Source of the DNA: Patescibacteria group bacterium
GTDB lineage: Bacteria > Patescibacteriota > Patescibacteriia > UBA2196
Assembly (NCBI GenBank): GCA_028748975.1
Contig: JAQTPI010000002.1
Location: 51,213 to 115,212 of the forward strand
Length of the DNA stretch: 64,000 nt
Reading direction: 5' to 3'
Shown: positions 10,679-19,187 of the stretch, in pieces
Layout: every line of letters begins with the position of its first letter
Numbering within the stretch: position 1 is the first letter of the stretch
Position numbers and translations under genes: made by a program
The notes under the pieces: generated by a model
Told to the model about the DNA's origin: nothing
The model's database searches: none
What the model saw: only the letters and a program-made list of their open reading frames with translations

Positions 10679-10899
10679 AGAAGAAAACAATTTCCGCTCG
10701 GATTACATTCCGGGATAGAATCACCGGTCTATTTTCCTCGCTTTTTTGTAAAGAAAAGGAAGAAAATCGGCCCGATGGTTATCATTTGATGATTCCTGAT
10801 GAAACCATTGATAGCCCTGGGGAATTTTTACACACAGCTAGGGAGTTAAGACTGACTACACGGCGAAATTACTCACATCTTTTTGGATTAAGCGAGTAA
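10675..10899 (+). CDS. Hypothetical protein
   Basis: ATGA overlap with the previous ORF; followed by a terminator. Confidence 0.5.
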   Translation: MKKKTISARITFRDRITGLFSSLFCKEKEENRPDGYHLMIPDETIDSPGEFLHTARELRLTTRRNYSHLFGLSE

Positions 10900-10906
10900 C
10901 ACAACA

Positions 10907-10940
10907 GGATCGGTTGGGCATTCCAACCGGTCTTTTTTAT
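10907..10940 (+). terminator. Intrinsic terminator
   Basis: ggatcggttggg-cat-tccaaccggtct followed by a T-tract. Confidence 0.7.
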
Positions 10941-10969
10941 TTGCCAAAAGGCCATCTTTTCGCTATAAT
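10941..10969 (+). promoter_or_regulatory. Sigma70-like promoter for the tRNA locus
   Basis: TTGCCA-N17-TATAAT, 12 nt before the outer tRNA 5' end. Confidence 0.7.
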
Positions 10970-10981
10970 TATTTCATAAAT

Positions 10982-11239
10982 CGGGGTATGGCCTAATTGG
11001 GTCGAGCGGCGGAAAGCCACACAACTGCTTGTGTGGCGAGCCGCGAGACGGGCATGACGATGTCTGATGAAATATCGGACCGGCATGGCCCCGGCTGGCG
11101 CACATTTTTTTTCGGGTTGTGGCCTAATTGGTAAGGCGCACGCTTCGGGTGCGTGAGACTCCGGGTTCGAGTCCCGGCAGCCCGAAAAAAAATGGATGTC
11201 GGGTGCGTGAGATTCCGGGTTCGAGTCCCAGTACCCCGA
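10982..11239 (+). other. Interrupted outer tRNA-Pro copy with a D-loop insertion and a nested complete tRNA
   Basis: 5' part CGGGGTATGGCCTAATTGG (10982-11000), GGCGCAC (11097-11103), 3' part TCGGGTGCGTGAGATTCCGGGTTCGAGTCCCAGTACCCCGA (11199-11239); acceptor CGGGGTA/TACCCCG pairs perfectly. Confidence 0.75.
11113..11185 (+). tRNA. tRNA-Pro(CGG), CCA not encoded
   Basis: Cloverleaf: acceptor CGGGTTG/CAGCCCG, D arm GCCT/AGGC, anticodon arm CACGC-TTCGGGT-GCGTG, T arm CCGGG-TTCGAGT-CCCGG. Confidence 0.92.
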
Positions 11240-11363
11240 GAAAAAAATGAATTTAATACAAATTACAAATCAAATACAAATATACAAATGTACAAATCGA
11301 GCTGATTTGTATTACTCGTATATTCGTCCCGAGTACTCGGGATTCATAATTCGTAGTAAATAT

Positions 11364-11495
11364 ATGGAAGTAGAATTTTGCAAAACTTGCCTCATGCCAC
11401 TCGACGAGAGCAACAAATGCACTTGCCAGCGCGAACTGTGCTGCAAGTGCTGTGAATGCGCCGAGGACTGCGAGTGCGGTTGCAAGGGCAAATAG
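11364..11495 (+). CDS. Small Cys-rich, metallothionein-like protein (43 aa, 12 Cys)
   Basis: MEVEFCKTC...CTC...CCKCCEC...CECGCKGK; the longer ORF start lies in a repeat region. Confidence 0.65.
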   Translation: MEVEFCKTCLMPLDESNKCTCQRELCCKCCECAEDCECGCKGK

Positions 11496-11606
11496 ATTTT
11501 GTCCGCCTACGCTTTGTAGCGACCCATTATCGCTCCGGCGGACAGGCTCATATAAATTTCAAACAGATAGAATCTGTTCTGTGTTTAATTCTGTAAAAAA
11601 ATAGGA

Positions 11607-11658
11607 GTTTACCCGCCGGAGTGTTAAAGGACTTAAGGGAACGAAGGCGGGAAAACTT
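11607..11658. repeat. Hairpin repeat family E (AGTTTAYCCGCC...GGCGGRDAAAC)
   Basis: Related copies at about 36712-36780 and 46015-46069. Confidence 0.6.
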
Positions 11659-11664
11659 AATTTT

Positions 11665-12918
11665 ATGACTGACCTTTTTGATCAAAACTACCAAGCAAAC
11701 TTGAAAGCTGGCGCGCCTTTGGCTGACCGCATTCGACCCACAACTTTGGATGATTTTGTGGGGCAGGAAGAAATTATCGGGCCAGGCACGCTTTTAAGAA
11801 AAGCAATTGAGGCGGACGAAGTTCCGTCTATTATTTTTTGGGGTCCGCCTGGTTCGGGCAAAACAACTTTGGCAAAAATTATCGCCAATTTAACCAAATC
11901 CGAATTTATAGAAATTTCCGCCATCACGGCCGGAGTGAAAGATTTGCGCGAGATTATTGAAAAAGCCAAAGAAACGCGCAAACTCCACAATCGCCGCACC
12001 ATTCTTTTTGTGGATGAAATTCATCGCTGGAACAAAGCGCAACAGGACGGGCTTTTGCCGTTTGTGGAAAGGGGAGTGATTACTTTGATTGGCGCCACTA
12101 CGGAAAATCCTTCTTTTGAAGTAATCTCGCCCTTACTGTCGCGGACAAGAGTTTATGTTTTGAAGCCGCTGTCGCCGGTGAATCTAAAAGTAGTGATAAA
12201 AAATGCTTTAAATAATCAAGAAAAGGGTTTGGGAAAATTTGGCGCGCAAATCGAAAAAACCGCGGAGGATTTTTTAATTAAAACTGGGAATGGCGACGCG
12301 CGGATAATTTTGAATGCCTTGGAGGTGGCGGTTAAACATACAGATAAAACACGGATAATCACCAAAAAATTAATTGAAGAAGCACTGCAGCACAAGGCCT
12401 TAATGTATGATAAAGGCGGCGATGAACATTATAATGTAATTTCCGCTTTCATTAAATCTATGCGCGGTAGTGATGCGGACGCTGGATTATATTGGCTGGC
12501 GCGGATGATTGAAGCTGGAGAGGACCCAAAATTTATCGCGCGGCGGATGATAATTTTGGCATCGGAAGACATCAGTAATGCCGACCCCAATGCCCTGGTT
12601 GTAGCCAATGCCGTATTTTCGGCAGTGGAAAAAATTGGTTTACCTGAATGTCAAATTAATTTGGCGCAAGGCGTGGTCTATTTGGCCAAAGCGCCAAAAT
12701 CAAATGCCAGCTACATGGGTTTGATGCGCGCCAAAGAAGATGTCAAAAATACCCTGAATTTGCCGGTGCCATTGCATTTGCGCAATGCCAGCACTGATTT
12801 GATGAAAGATTTGGGGTATGGAAAAGATTATAAATACAGCCATAATTATTCCAAAGAAGACGGGAAACAGGATTATTTGCCGGAAGAATTGGTAGGGAAG
12901 AAGTATTATGAAGAATAG
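11665..12918 (+). CDS. rarA: Replication-associated recombination protein A (MgsA/RarA AAA+ ATPase)
   Basis: PLADRIRP, GPPGSGKTT, DEIHR, ATTENPSF, SAFIKSMRGSD, VPLHLRNA. Confidence 0.95.
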   Translation: MTDLFDQNYQANLKAGAPLADRIRPTTLDDFVGQEEIIGPGTLLRKAIEADEVPSIIFWGPPGSGKTTLAKIIANLTKSEFIEISAITAGVKDLREIIEKAKETRKLHNRRTILFVDEIHRWNKAQQDGLLPFVERGVITLIGATTENPSFEVISPLLSRTRVYVLKPLSPVNLKVVIKNALNNQEKGLGKFGAQIEKTAEDFLIKTGNGDARIILNALEVAVKHTDKTRIITKKLIEEALQHKALMYDKGGDEHYNVISAFIKSMRGSDADAGLYWLARMIEAGEDPKFIARRMIILASEDISNADPNALVVANAVFSAVEKIGLPECQINLAQGVVYLAKAPKSNASYMGLMRAKEDVKNTLNLPVPLHLRNASTDLMKDLGYGKDYKYSHNYSKEDGKQDYLPEELVGKKYYEE

Positions 12919-12926
12919 TTTTTTTA

Positions 12927-13071
12927 TGTCATCCCCGCGCAGGCGGGGATCTTACAATATTTCCAGGGCAAGATTCCCGCTTTCGCGGGAATGACATGCG
13001 ATGGTGGGTTTCAAACCCGCCTTTTTTTTGTTTGTTTTTGTGTGTCATCCCGGGCCGAGACCCGGGATCCA
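12927..13071. repeat. REP-like family A (TGTCATYCC...GGRATC / GATYCC...GGRATGACA), resembling Neisseria dRS3
   Basis: Inverted pair at 12927-12996 and a single copy at 13043-13071; further copies near 17521, 20566, 21710, 32255, 41787, 42471, 58306, 58984 and 63751. Confidence 0.8.
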
Positions 13072-13261
13072 GAAACTCCCCTCCTTTTCAAGGAGGGGGT
13101 TGGGGGTGGTTATTTATTTCGCCGATAGGCGATGCGATTATTCGTATATTCGTACAGATTCGCCCGCCTTGACTCGCATCAGGCGAGGCAGGTAATTTGT
13201 AGTAAATCCACGCGCAAAATATCCGAAAAACAGGGGACTTCCCAGTTGTGGATAACTCTAA

Positions 13262-13290
13262 TTGACACTTTATTTTATTTTTGCTATAAT
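13262..13290 (+). promoter_or_regulatory. Consensus sigma70 promoter next to a DnaA-box-like sequence
   Basis: TTGACA-N17-TATAAT with extended TG; TGTGGATAA at about 13247. Confidence 0.7.
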
Positions 13291-13409
13291 AACCTATTGC
13301 GAGACAAAGTCAAATAGGTTGTCCCCAAATAGGCCTAAAATGGCTTAAAATGAGCTAAAATCAGGTCAAACCTGACCAAAAGCCCAAAATTCAAAAGAGG
13401 GAGGAAAAA

Positions 13410-13628
13410 TTGAGACTACCTAATTTTTTTACAAGCGATAAATTTAAAACCAAAGTAATTGTGGTCCTTGGGTGTGTAGCACTTTTTGAGGGACTTACAA
13501 TTGGGGGAGTAGAATTATTAAGAGTTGCGATCGGCGCCATATTTTGCTATTTTGGTTTTGATATGATAAGAAACCCTCGCAAAGTCAATCAAGCGATTGA
13601 AGAAGGAAAGAGAAAGAGAAAAAATTAA
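13410..13628 (+). CDS. Small membrane protein (2 TM)
   Basis: GGAGG Shine-Dalgarno with TTG start; hydrophobic. Confidence 0.5.
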   Translation: MRLPNFFTSDKFKTKVIVVLGCVALFEGLTIGGVELLRVAIGAIFCYFGFDMIRNPRKVNQAIEEGKRKRKN

Positions 13629-13804
13629 AAAAGACATATTCGATGATTTATATCGGCAGTTTGCGCTACATCATTACGATGCGCACTGCCCTTTCTTCCG
13701 AGCCACACAAATTATATTTTGTGGGGTTGGGAAGAGAGGAAAAAGACCGGGCCAATAACGGCCAAACCGGGCGAAAAGCCCAAAATTCAAAAGGAGTAAT
13801 CTTT

Positions 13805-13975
13805 ATGAAGATGAGAAATATTGGAATTGCGTTGACGTTGGGTGGAGTGGGATATTTTTTCATCGGCATTGGGTGTTTTCATCTGCCCGCCCAGGGCCAT
13901 ATTTTTTACTCCGCCCTGATCACGGCGATCGGAGTGGCAACTTGGACAACGGCTAGTTTAAACCGCCGCTATTAA
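13805..13975 (+). CDS. Small membrane protein (2 TM)
   Basis: AGGAG Shine-Dalgarno before ATG at 13805; shares leader aaaagcccaaaattcaaaag with the 13410 gene. Confidence 0.5.
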   Translation: MKMRNIGIALTLGGVGYFFIGIGCFHLPAQGHIFYSALITAIGVATWTTASLNRRY

Positions 13976-14123
13976 TTTTAACCGTTACGCATCATGGCAG
14001 TTTGTGTTCCGTAACATCACGGAGTTCAAACCGCCATTTCTTTCCTGAAATTCTATTATTAGGATTTTAGAAAAGAGGAAAAATAATTCTCTTATTACTT
14101 ATTACTAGTTACTTATTACTCGT

Positions 14124-15332
14124 ATGTTAAAAATCGCTTATATCGGACAAAAAGGAATTTTAAACCCGCTGGGCGGCGGAGTGGAAACGCATGTGGAAGA
14201 GCTTTCCGCGCGCATGGCCAAAAAGGGTTATGAGGTGCTTTTATACACCCGTCCTTATTATACGCCGAAAGAATACCAAAAATTTGAAGACGTGACTTTG
14301 GTGTCTTTGCCGTGTTTGCATACCAAACATTTGGATGCCATTTCCCATACTTTTTTAGCCATCTGTGACGCGGTGCGCCGCCAGGTTGATATTATTCATA
14401 TTCATGGCGTGGGTCCGTCTCTGTTGTCTTTTATGCCGCGAATTTTGGCGCCGAAAACTAAAGTTATTGTCACCGCGCACAGCGAGGACTGGGAACATCA
14501 AAAATGGAACTGGTTTGCCCGGACGGCTTTAAAATTGGGCGCCAGATTTTCCGCGCTTTTTGCGCATGAAGTTCTGACTGTTTCCCGCCGTTTGCAGAAA
14601 TATTATTTAACTAATTTTAACCGCAGCATCACTTTGATTCCTAATGGCGTGCCTTTAAGGGAAAATAAAAACAGCGAGGAGAATTTGATTGTTAATTATG
14701 GTTTGGAGCGTGAAAAATATATTTTTACTGTTTCGCGCTTGATTCGCCACAAAGGCGTTCATTATTTAATTGAGGCCTTCAAAGAAGCGAAGAAAAGAAA
14801 TCCGGCTTTTGCTGATTTTAAATTGGTAATTGTGGGTCAGACTTTTTTTACCGAGGCTTACTTTGAATTTTTGAAAAAATTAGTTGATGGCCGCACTGAT
14901 ATTATTTTTGCCGGGGCCAAACGCGGCGCGGTTTTGGAACAACTTTACCAAAACGCCTATCTTTATGTTTCGCCTTCAGAATCCGAAGGTTTATCCATTT
15001 CTTGTCTGGAAGCCATGAGTTATGGCAAGGCGCCGTTGGTTTCCGATATTTCCGCCAATTTGGATTTGATTAAAGGCGATACGGAACTCGGCAGCGTGGG
15101 CTTTACTTTTGCCAATAAAAATATCGCGGATTTGGCGGCCAAGCTGGAGCTTTTGTGGCAGCATCCGGAAATCGTGCGCAAAGTTGGCGCTAAAGCCAGA
15201 AATTACGTTAAGATTTATTATAACTGGAATGACATCATTGACCGCATCAGCCATCTTTATATGACGAGCGTGGCAGTCAAGGATAAGCTTGGTATTTGGG
15301 AATTGTTTTTACTCAAAAGAGCTGGGGTATAA
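14124..15332 (+). CDS. Glycosyltransferase family 4
   Basis: GGVE, IPNG, RLIRHKG, PSESEGLSISCLEAM. Confidence 0.9.
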   Translation: MLKIAYIGQKGILNPLGGGVETHVEELSARMAKKGYEVLLYTRPYYTPKEYQKFEDVTLVSLPCLHTKHLDAISHTFLAICDAVRRQVDIIHIHGVGPSLLSFMPRILAPKTKVIVTAHSEDWEHQKWNWFARTALKLGARFSALFAHEVLTVSRRLQKYYLTNFNRSITLIPNGVPLRENKNSEENLIVNYGLEREKYIFTVSRLIRHKGVHYLIEAFKEAKKRNPAFADFKLVIVGQTFFTEAYFEFLKKLVDGRTDIIFAGAKRGAVLEQLYQNAYLYVSPSESEGLSISCLEAMSYGKAPLVSDISANLDLIKGDTELGSVGFTFANKNIADLAAKLELLWQHPEIVRKVGAKARNYVKIYYNWNDIIDRISHLYMTSVAVKDKLGIWELFLLKRAGV

Positions 15333-15463
15333 TTTAATTTATTTTTTTCATGTTTGCCTTCTTATTGATAAAAAATAGGAAGGCGCGACGAGGAAAATAA
15401 TTTTTTTCAAAACCAAAAACCCAAAACCGTTCCAGTAAAAACGGAACAAAAGGAGGAGTTTTT

Positions 15464-15640
15464 ATGGCTCGTACAGGCTTGTTAAAACCCGATGATTACG
15501 CCGACCAATCAAAAGGCGCATTCATATCAGCCATGGACGAAGACCTCGTTACTCACGAGACCAGAGCATTGGTATCAGCCGCCAAAGGCGTCGCCAATGC
15601 CATTCTTGCGCTGGCCGCGGTTTTGAAAGAAAAAAAATAA
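15464..15640 (+). CDS. Small hypothetical protein (58 aa)
   Basis: AGGAGG Shine-Dalgarno; translated by hand as MARTGLLKPDD...LKEKK. Confidence 0.5.
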   Translation: MARTGLLKPDDYADQSKGAFISAMDEDLVTHETRALVSAAKGVANAILALAAVLKEKK

Positions 15641-15783
15641 TACCGCTACGGTATCAAAATTCACATGGCCTGCGAGTGTTTCCTCGCACTTACAGGCCTT
15701 TTCATTTGACTTCCATATTTGAAAATAGGGAAGTGAAATGAGAAAGATAATTTCTTTTACAAACAAAAATAGGAGAGAAAAAA

Positions 15784-15999
15784 ATGGAAAAAACTGACGC
15801 GGCTATCCTTTTAGGCATTTTGAGGGCAATGGAAATACCCGAAGATGAAAACACGATTTATTTAATTTACCCTCAACCCAAGCCTGTGGATTTGGCGGAA
15901 ATAAAGAATGTTCCGCCGTCGCCACCTGGAGCTTTTGGCCGTAAAGACCAATTTAAAGGTCTTGTAAAAGGAAAAATTTCGAGAAAAGGGCAAAGGTAA
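15784..15999 (+). CDS. Hypothetical protein
   Basis: AGGAG Shine-Dalgarno. Confidence 0.45.
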   Translation: MEKTDAAILLGILRAMEIPEDENTIYLIYPQPKPVDLAEIKNVPPSPPGAFGRKDQFKGLVKGKISRKGQR

Positions 16000-16059
16000 A
16001 AAAAAAACAACATCCAAACCCACCCCCGTCAAAAGCGGAGGCAAAAGGAGGAAAAAGCC

Positions 16060-16869
16060 ATGAGAAATAATTTGTTGAGCAGAATGTTTTTGGTTGTGGC
16101 TTTGGCCATGACCGTGTTTCCTCTGCAGAGCCAGATTTTGCCGCGCCGGGTGCGCGAGCAGATGACCGCCGATTCGCTTGAAGAGGATAAGCAGCAATTT
16201 CTTTTGAATAAGAAACGTTTTCTGGTAGCATCAGCCCAACAATGGTGCCAGAGAAACAAAATTGAGTTTTATGAAGCGGCAAAAACATTTCCACTCTGGA
16301 ATAAAAAAGCCCCAAGTTCTCTATCGCTTTTTAATTATTCTTTAGCCACCCTGATGTGGATGGCCGAGGAAAATAAAAAGGGCGAGCGATGGGTTGTTTA
16401 TGCCTATACAGGCACGTCAGTCCATGATCAGCTTTGGGAAATCGGTAACGAGTGTGCGTCATATCTGCCAGCTTTTTTAATTGAAATTGAGGTTACACCG
16501 GATTCAAATTATTTAGGTAGAAGAAATTTGACAGGGTATTATATTGTGAATTTGAAACCAAGATTTAAAAATTTCAACTGGCACGAACAAGGAGCAAAAA
16601 TTAAGGAACTCGGGCCTAAATTTAAACGGGCTGAGTTGGCAGTTTTTTCGGAAATAAATATTTCCTTGTATCTTATAAATAAAAAAGATGATTTTTCTCG
16701 TTTTTATCTTCATGTGGCGGAAGAGGAAGCATACGAGGGGCGTCATTATTGCCTGACAAACCATTTTGGGAAGATTGTTATTGGTTCTATATCACCAGAT
16801 GAAACAGGTGGTTTAGCTTTTTTTGGTACATCAGCTGTTTTTCTCGCTTTAAAACCTGATTTCAATTAG
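16060..16869 (+). CDS. Hypothetical secreted protein
   Basis: AGGAGG Shine-Dalgarno; signal peptide; 269 aa. Confidence 0.65.
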   Translation: MRNNLLSRMFLVVALAMTVFPLQSQILPRRVREQMTADSLEEDKQQFLLNKKRFLVASAQQWCQRNKIEFYEAAKTFPLWNKKAPSSLSLFNYSLATLMWMAEENKKGERWVVYAYTGTSVHDQLWEIGNECASYLPAFLIEIEVTPDSNYLGRRNLTGYYIVNLKPRFKNFNWHEQGAKIKELGPKFKRAELAVFSEINISLYLINKKDDFSRFYLHVAEEEAYEGRHYCLTNHFGKIVIGSISPDETGGLAFFGTSAVFLALKPDFN

Positions 16870-16916
16870 AGCAATCAACCCGCCCCCGTCAAAAGCGGAG
16901 GCAAAAGGAGGATGTT

Positions 16917-17252
16917 GTGAAAAAACTATTACAACAATTAGTAGAACAACTACGCTTTTTAAGTCAGGAAATGCAAAAAATACAAACTCTCATGAGTAAC
17001 AAAGATTACAGAGAGACACACCCAGAATTGACTTCAGGACCTCAGGAAGATTCGCGTATTAAACTCTATTTTTCCATTGCAGAGTTTCTTAGAGCAAGAC
17101 CAGAAGATCTAATAATACTTTCTATTAACTCCGGGACCAATGACACGCCAATTATATTATCAGGAAAAATTTTAAAAGATGCGGAAAAAGCAACCGGCTC
17201 CCAAATAGAAACCATTGTAGTAAAAGCAAGGATTTTAGAACATTATTTATAA
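16917..17252 (+). CDS. Hypothetical protein
   Basis: AGGAGG with GTG start; leader duplicated from the 16060 gene. Confidence 0.55.
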   Translation: MKKLLQQLVEQLRFLSQEMQKIQTLMSNKDYRETHPELTSGPQEDSRIKLYFSIAEFLRARPEDLIILSINSGTNDTPIILSGKILKDAEKATGSQIETIVVKARILEHYL

Positions 17253-17299
17253 ATTATTTTCCCATCCAAAATGGAAACAACAAAGGAGGTAAGTCAATT

Positions 17300-17461
17300 A
17301 TGTCCAAAAGGATTGCAGTAAAAATGTTACTTGTATTTATCGCCATGCTTCTTTGGCTAATTGGGGGCACACAGGCCGGTAGAAACCTATTTTTGTATAT
17401 TGTCTTGTTGGTTATGGGTTTAATTATTACCGTGGCCGTCTTCAGTATTTCTGACAAATAA
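17300..17461 (+). CDS. Small membrane protein (53 aa)
   Basis: AAGGAGGT Shine-Dalgarno; two hydrophobic helices; terminator at about 17474-17510. Confidence 0.55.
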   Translation: MSKRIAVKMLLVFIAMLLWLIGGTQAGRNLFLYIVLLVMGLIITVAVFSISDK

Positions 17462-17839
17462 CCAAATATTGTAAACCCTTCACGCACACGCGGAGAAGGG
17501 TTTTTTATTTGCTTGGTGTTTGTCATCCCGAGCGGCCTCTATGGCCGTTTGGAGCGATGGGATCTTTCGGCTTAAAGATTCCATCATTCTGTCTGCTGAT
17601 GGAACTTGGAATGACGAACGCGCCTAGCGGCGAAATAAATTACCTCCCCCAACCCCCTCTCCGCCAAAGGCGGATAAACTTCTAAAGGAGGGGAGCTTTG
17701 CGTCACCCTTATTACCTATTACTAGTTACTTATTACCCGGTCTCGTATAGACAAAAAATCACCCAAATGATAAGCTATAAGCAGAGTAATTTGTGCTTTA
17801 TGCTAAAATGTTAAGATGCTAAAAAGCTAAAATGCTTTT

Positions 17840-18880
17840 ATGTTCAACAACCTTTTCTCCAAATTCTCCCATGACCTCGGCATTGATCTTGGCACCACCA
17901 AGACCTTGGTTTACGTGCGCGGACGGGGGATTGTGATTAATGAGCCATCGGTGGTGGCGATTAATACCAGAACCGATACGATTTTGGCAGTGGGCGACGA
18001 AGCCAGAAAAATGCTGGGCAAAACGCCGCCCTACATTCAGGTCAGTCGTCCCCTGGTCAATGGCATCATTTCCGATTTTGAAGTCACAGAAAAAATGCTG
18101 AAATATTTTATTGACCAGGTACACCGCAAATCATACAGTCTGATTCCACGGCCGCGAGTGGTGATTGGCATTCCTTTAAATGTCACTGGCGTGGAGCGCA
18201 AAGCGGTGGAAGACGCGGCCTTGTCGGCTGGCGCGCGGGAAGTTTTTTTAGTGGAAGAACCGATGGCGGCGGCGATTGGCGCCCGGCTGCCAATCCAAGA
18301 AGCGGTGGGTAATTTGGTGATTGATATTGGCGGCGGCACCACGGAAATCGCGGTAATCTCTCTTGGCGGAATTGTGTCCAGCCGAACATTGCCTACGGCC
18401 GGCAACGAGCTTGATTCCGATATAATCCAATATGTGCGCGATAAATTTAATTTATATATTGGCGAGGCGACAGCGGAAGATATTAAAATTAAAATCGGTT
18501 CGGTGGCCTATGAAGACAAAACTTTGGAAATGGAAGTGCGCGGCCGCGATGTGGTGACTGGACTGCCTCGGGTGGCCAAGATTTCCAGTCTGCACATTAA
18601 AGAGGCGGTTTTCAAAACCATCCGGACGATCGTTGATAATATTAAGTCGGTGGTGGAAAATACGCCGCCGGAATTGGTGTCGGAAATTTATGAACGCGGC
18701 ATTTTGCTTTCGGGCGGCGGGGCGCAATTGCGCGGACTGCCGGAATTGATTAAATCGGAAACTCAAATTCCAACCACCGTCATGGATGATCCGGTTACCT
18801 CCGTGGTCCGGGGCACGAGCATTATTTTGGAAGATATGGAGAATTTGAAGAATATTTTAGTGCCGACAATAAATGAATAA
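17840..18880 (+). CDS. mreB: Rod shape-determining protein MreB
   Basis: DLGIDLGT, EPSVVA, EPMAAAIGA, DIGGGTTE, TPPEL. Confidence 0.96.
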   Translation: MFNNLFSKFSHDLGIDLGTTKTLVYVRGRGIVINEPSVVAINTRTDTILAVGDEARKMLGKTPPYIQVSRPLVNGIISDFEVTEKMLKYFIDQVHRKSYSLIPRPRVVIGIPLNVTGVERKAVEDAALSAGAREVFLVEEPMAAAIGARLPIQEAVGNLVIDIGGGTTEIAVISLGGIVSSRTLPTAGNELDSDIIQYVRDKFNLYIGEATAEDIKIKIGSVAYEDKTLEMEVRGRDVVTGLPRVAKISSLHIKEAVFKTIRTIVDNIKSVVENTPPELVSEIYERGILLSGGGAQLRGLPELIKSETQIPTTVMDDPVTSVVRGTSIILEDMENLKNILVPTINE

Positions 18881-18889
18881 TCTTTTTAT

Positions 18890-19139
18890 GCCACTTTCTT
18901 TGGACAAAGATTTTTTGCCACCTTTTTATAAAGGTGGCGCCAAAAGCGCCGCTGTAAAAAAGTTTTGACAAAAGCGGCCTCGTCGTCACTAATTTTGTTA
19001 ACTCCTTGTTCCGCCTCGTTGCGCTCAACTCGGCGGAACTGCGTCAGACAGAAGCAAAATTTTTTTGACTGCGGTCAAAAATCGTTCCGACTCAGCTCGC
19101 TTTTATACCAAAACTTTTTTAAGGCGGCAGTCACGACGA
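18890..19139. repeat. ~250-nt structured element, copy 2 (between mreB and mreC)
   Basis: Homologous to 4654-4913 with covarying stems. Confidence 0.75.
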
Positions 19140-19187
19140 TAACGTAATTGTTTTAATGTTTTCATGTTTTAATGTTTTAATGCTTTT

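Noticed and set aside
9321-10899. Prophage
   Set aside because: Only short orphan ORFs, with no recognisable phage structural, terminase or integrase genes
11199-11239. Simple prophage attR duplication of the tRNA 3' end
   Set aside because: A matching 5' half lies upstream and pairs with it, and there is no integrase or cargo between the copies
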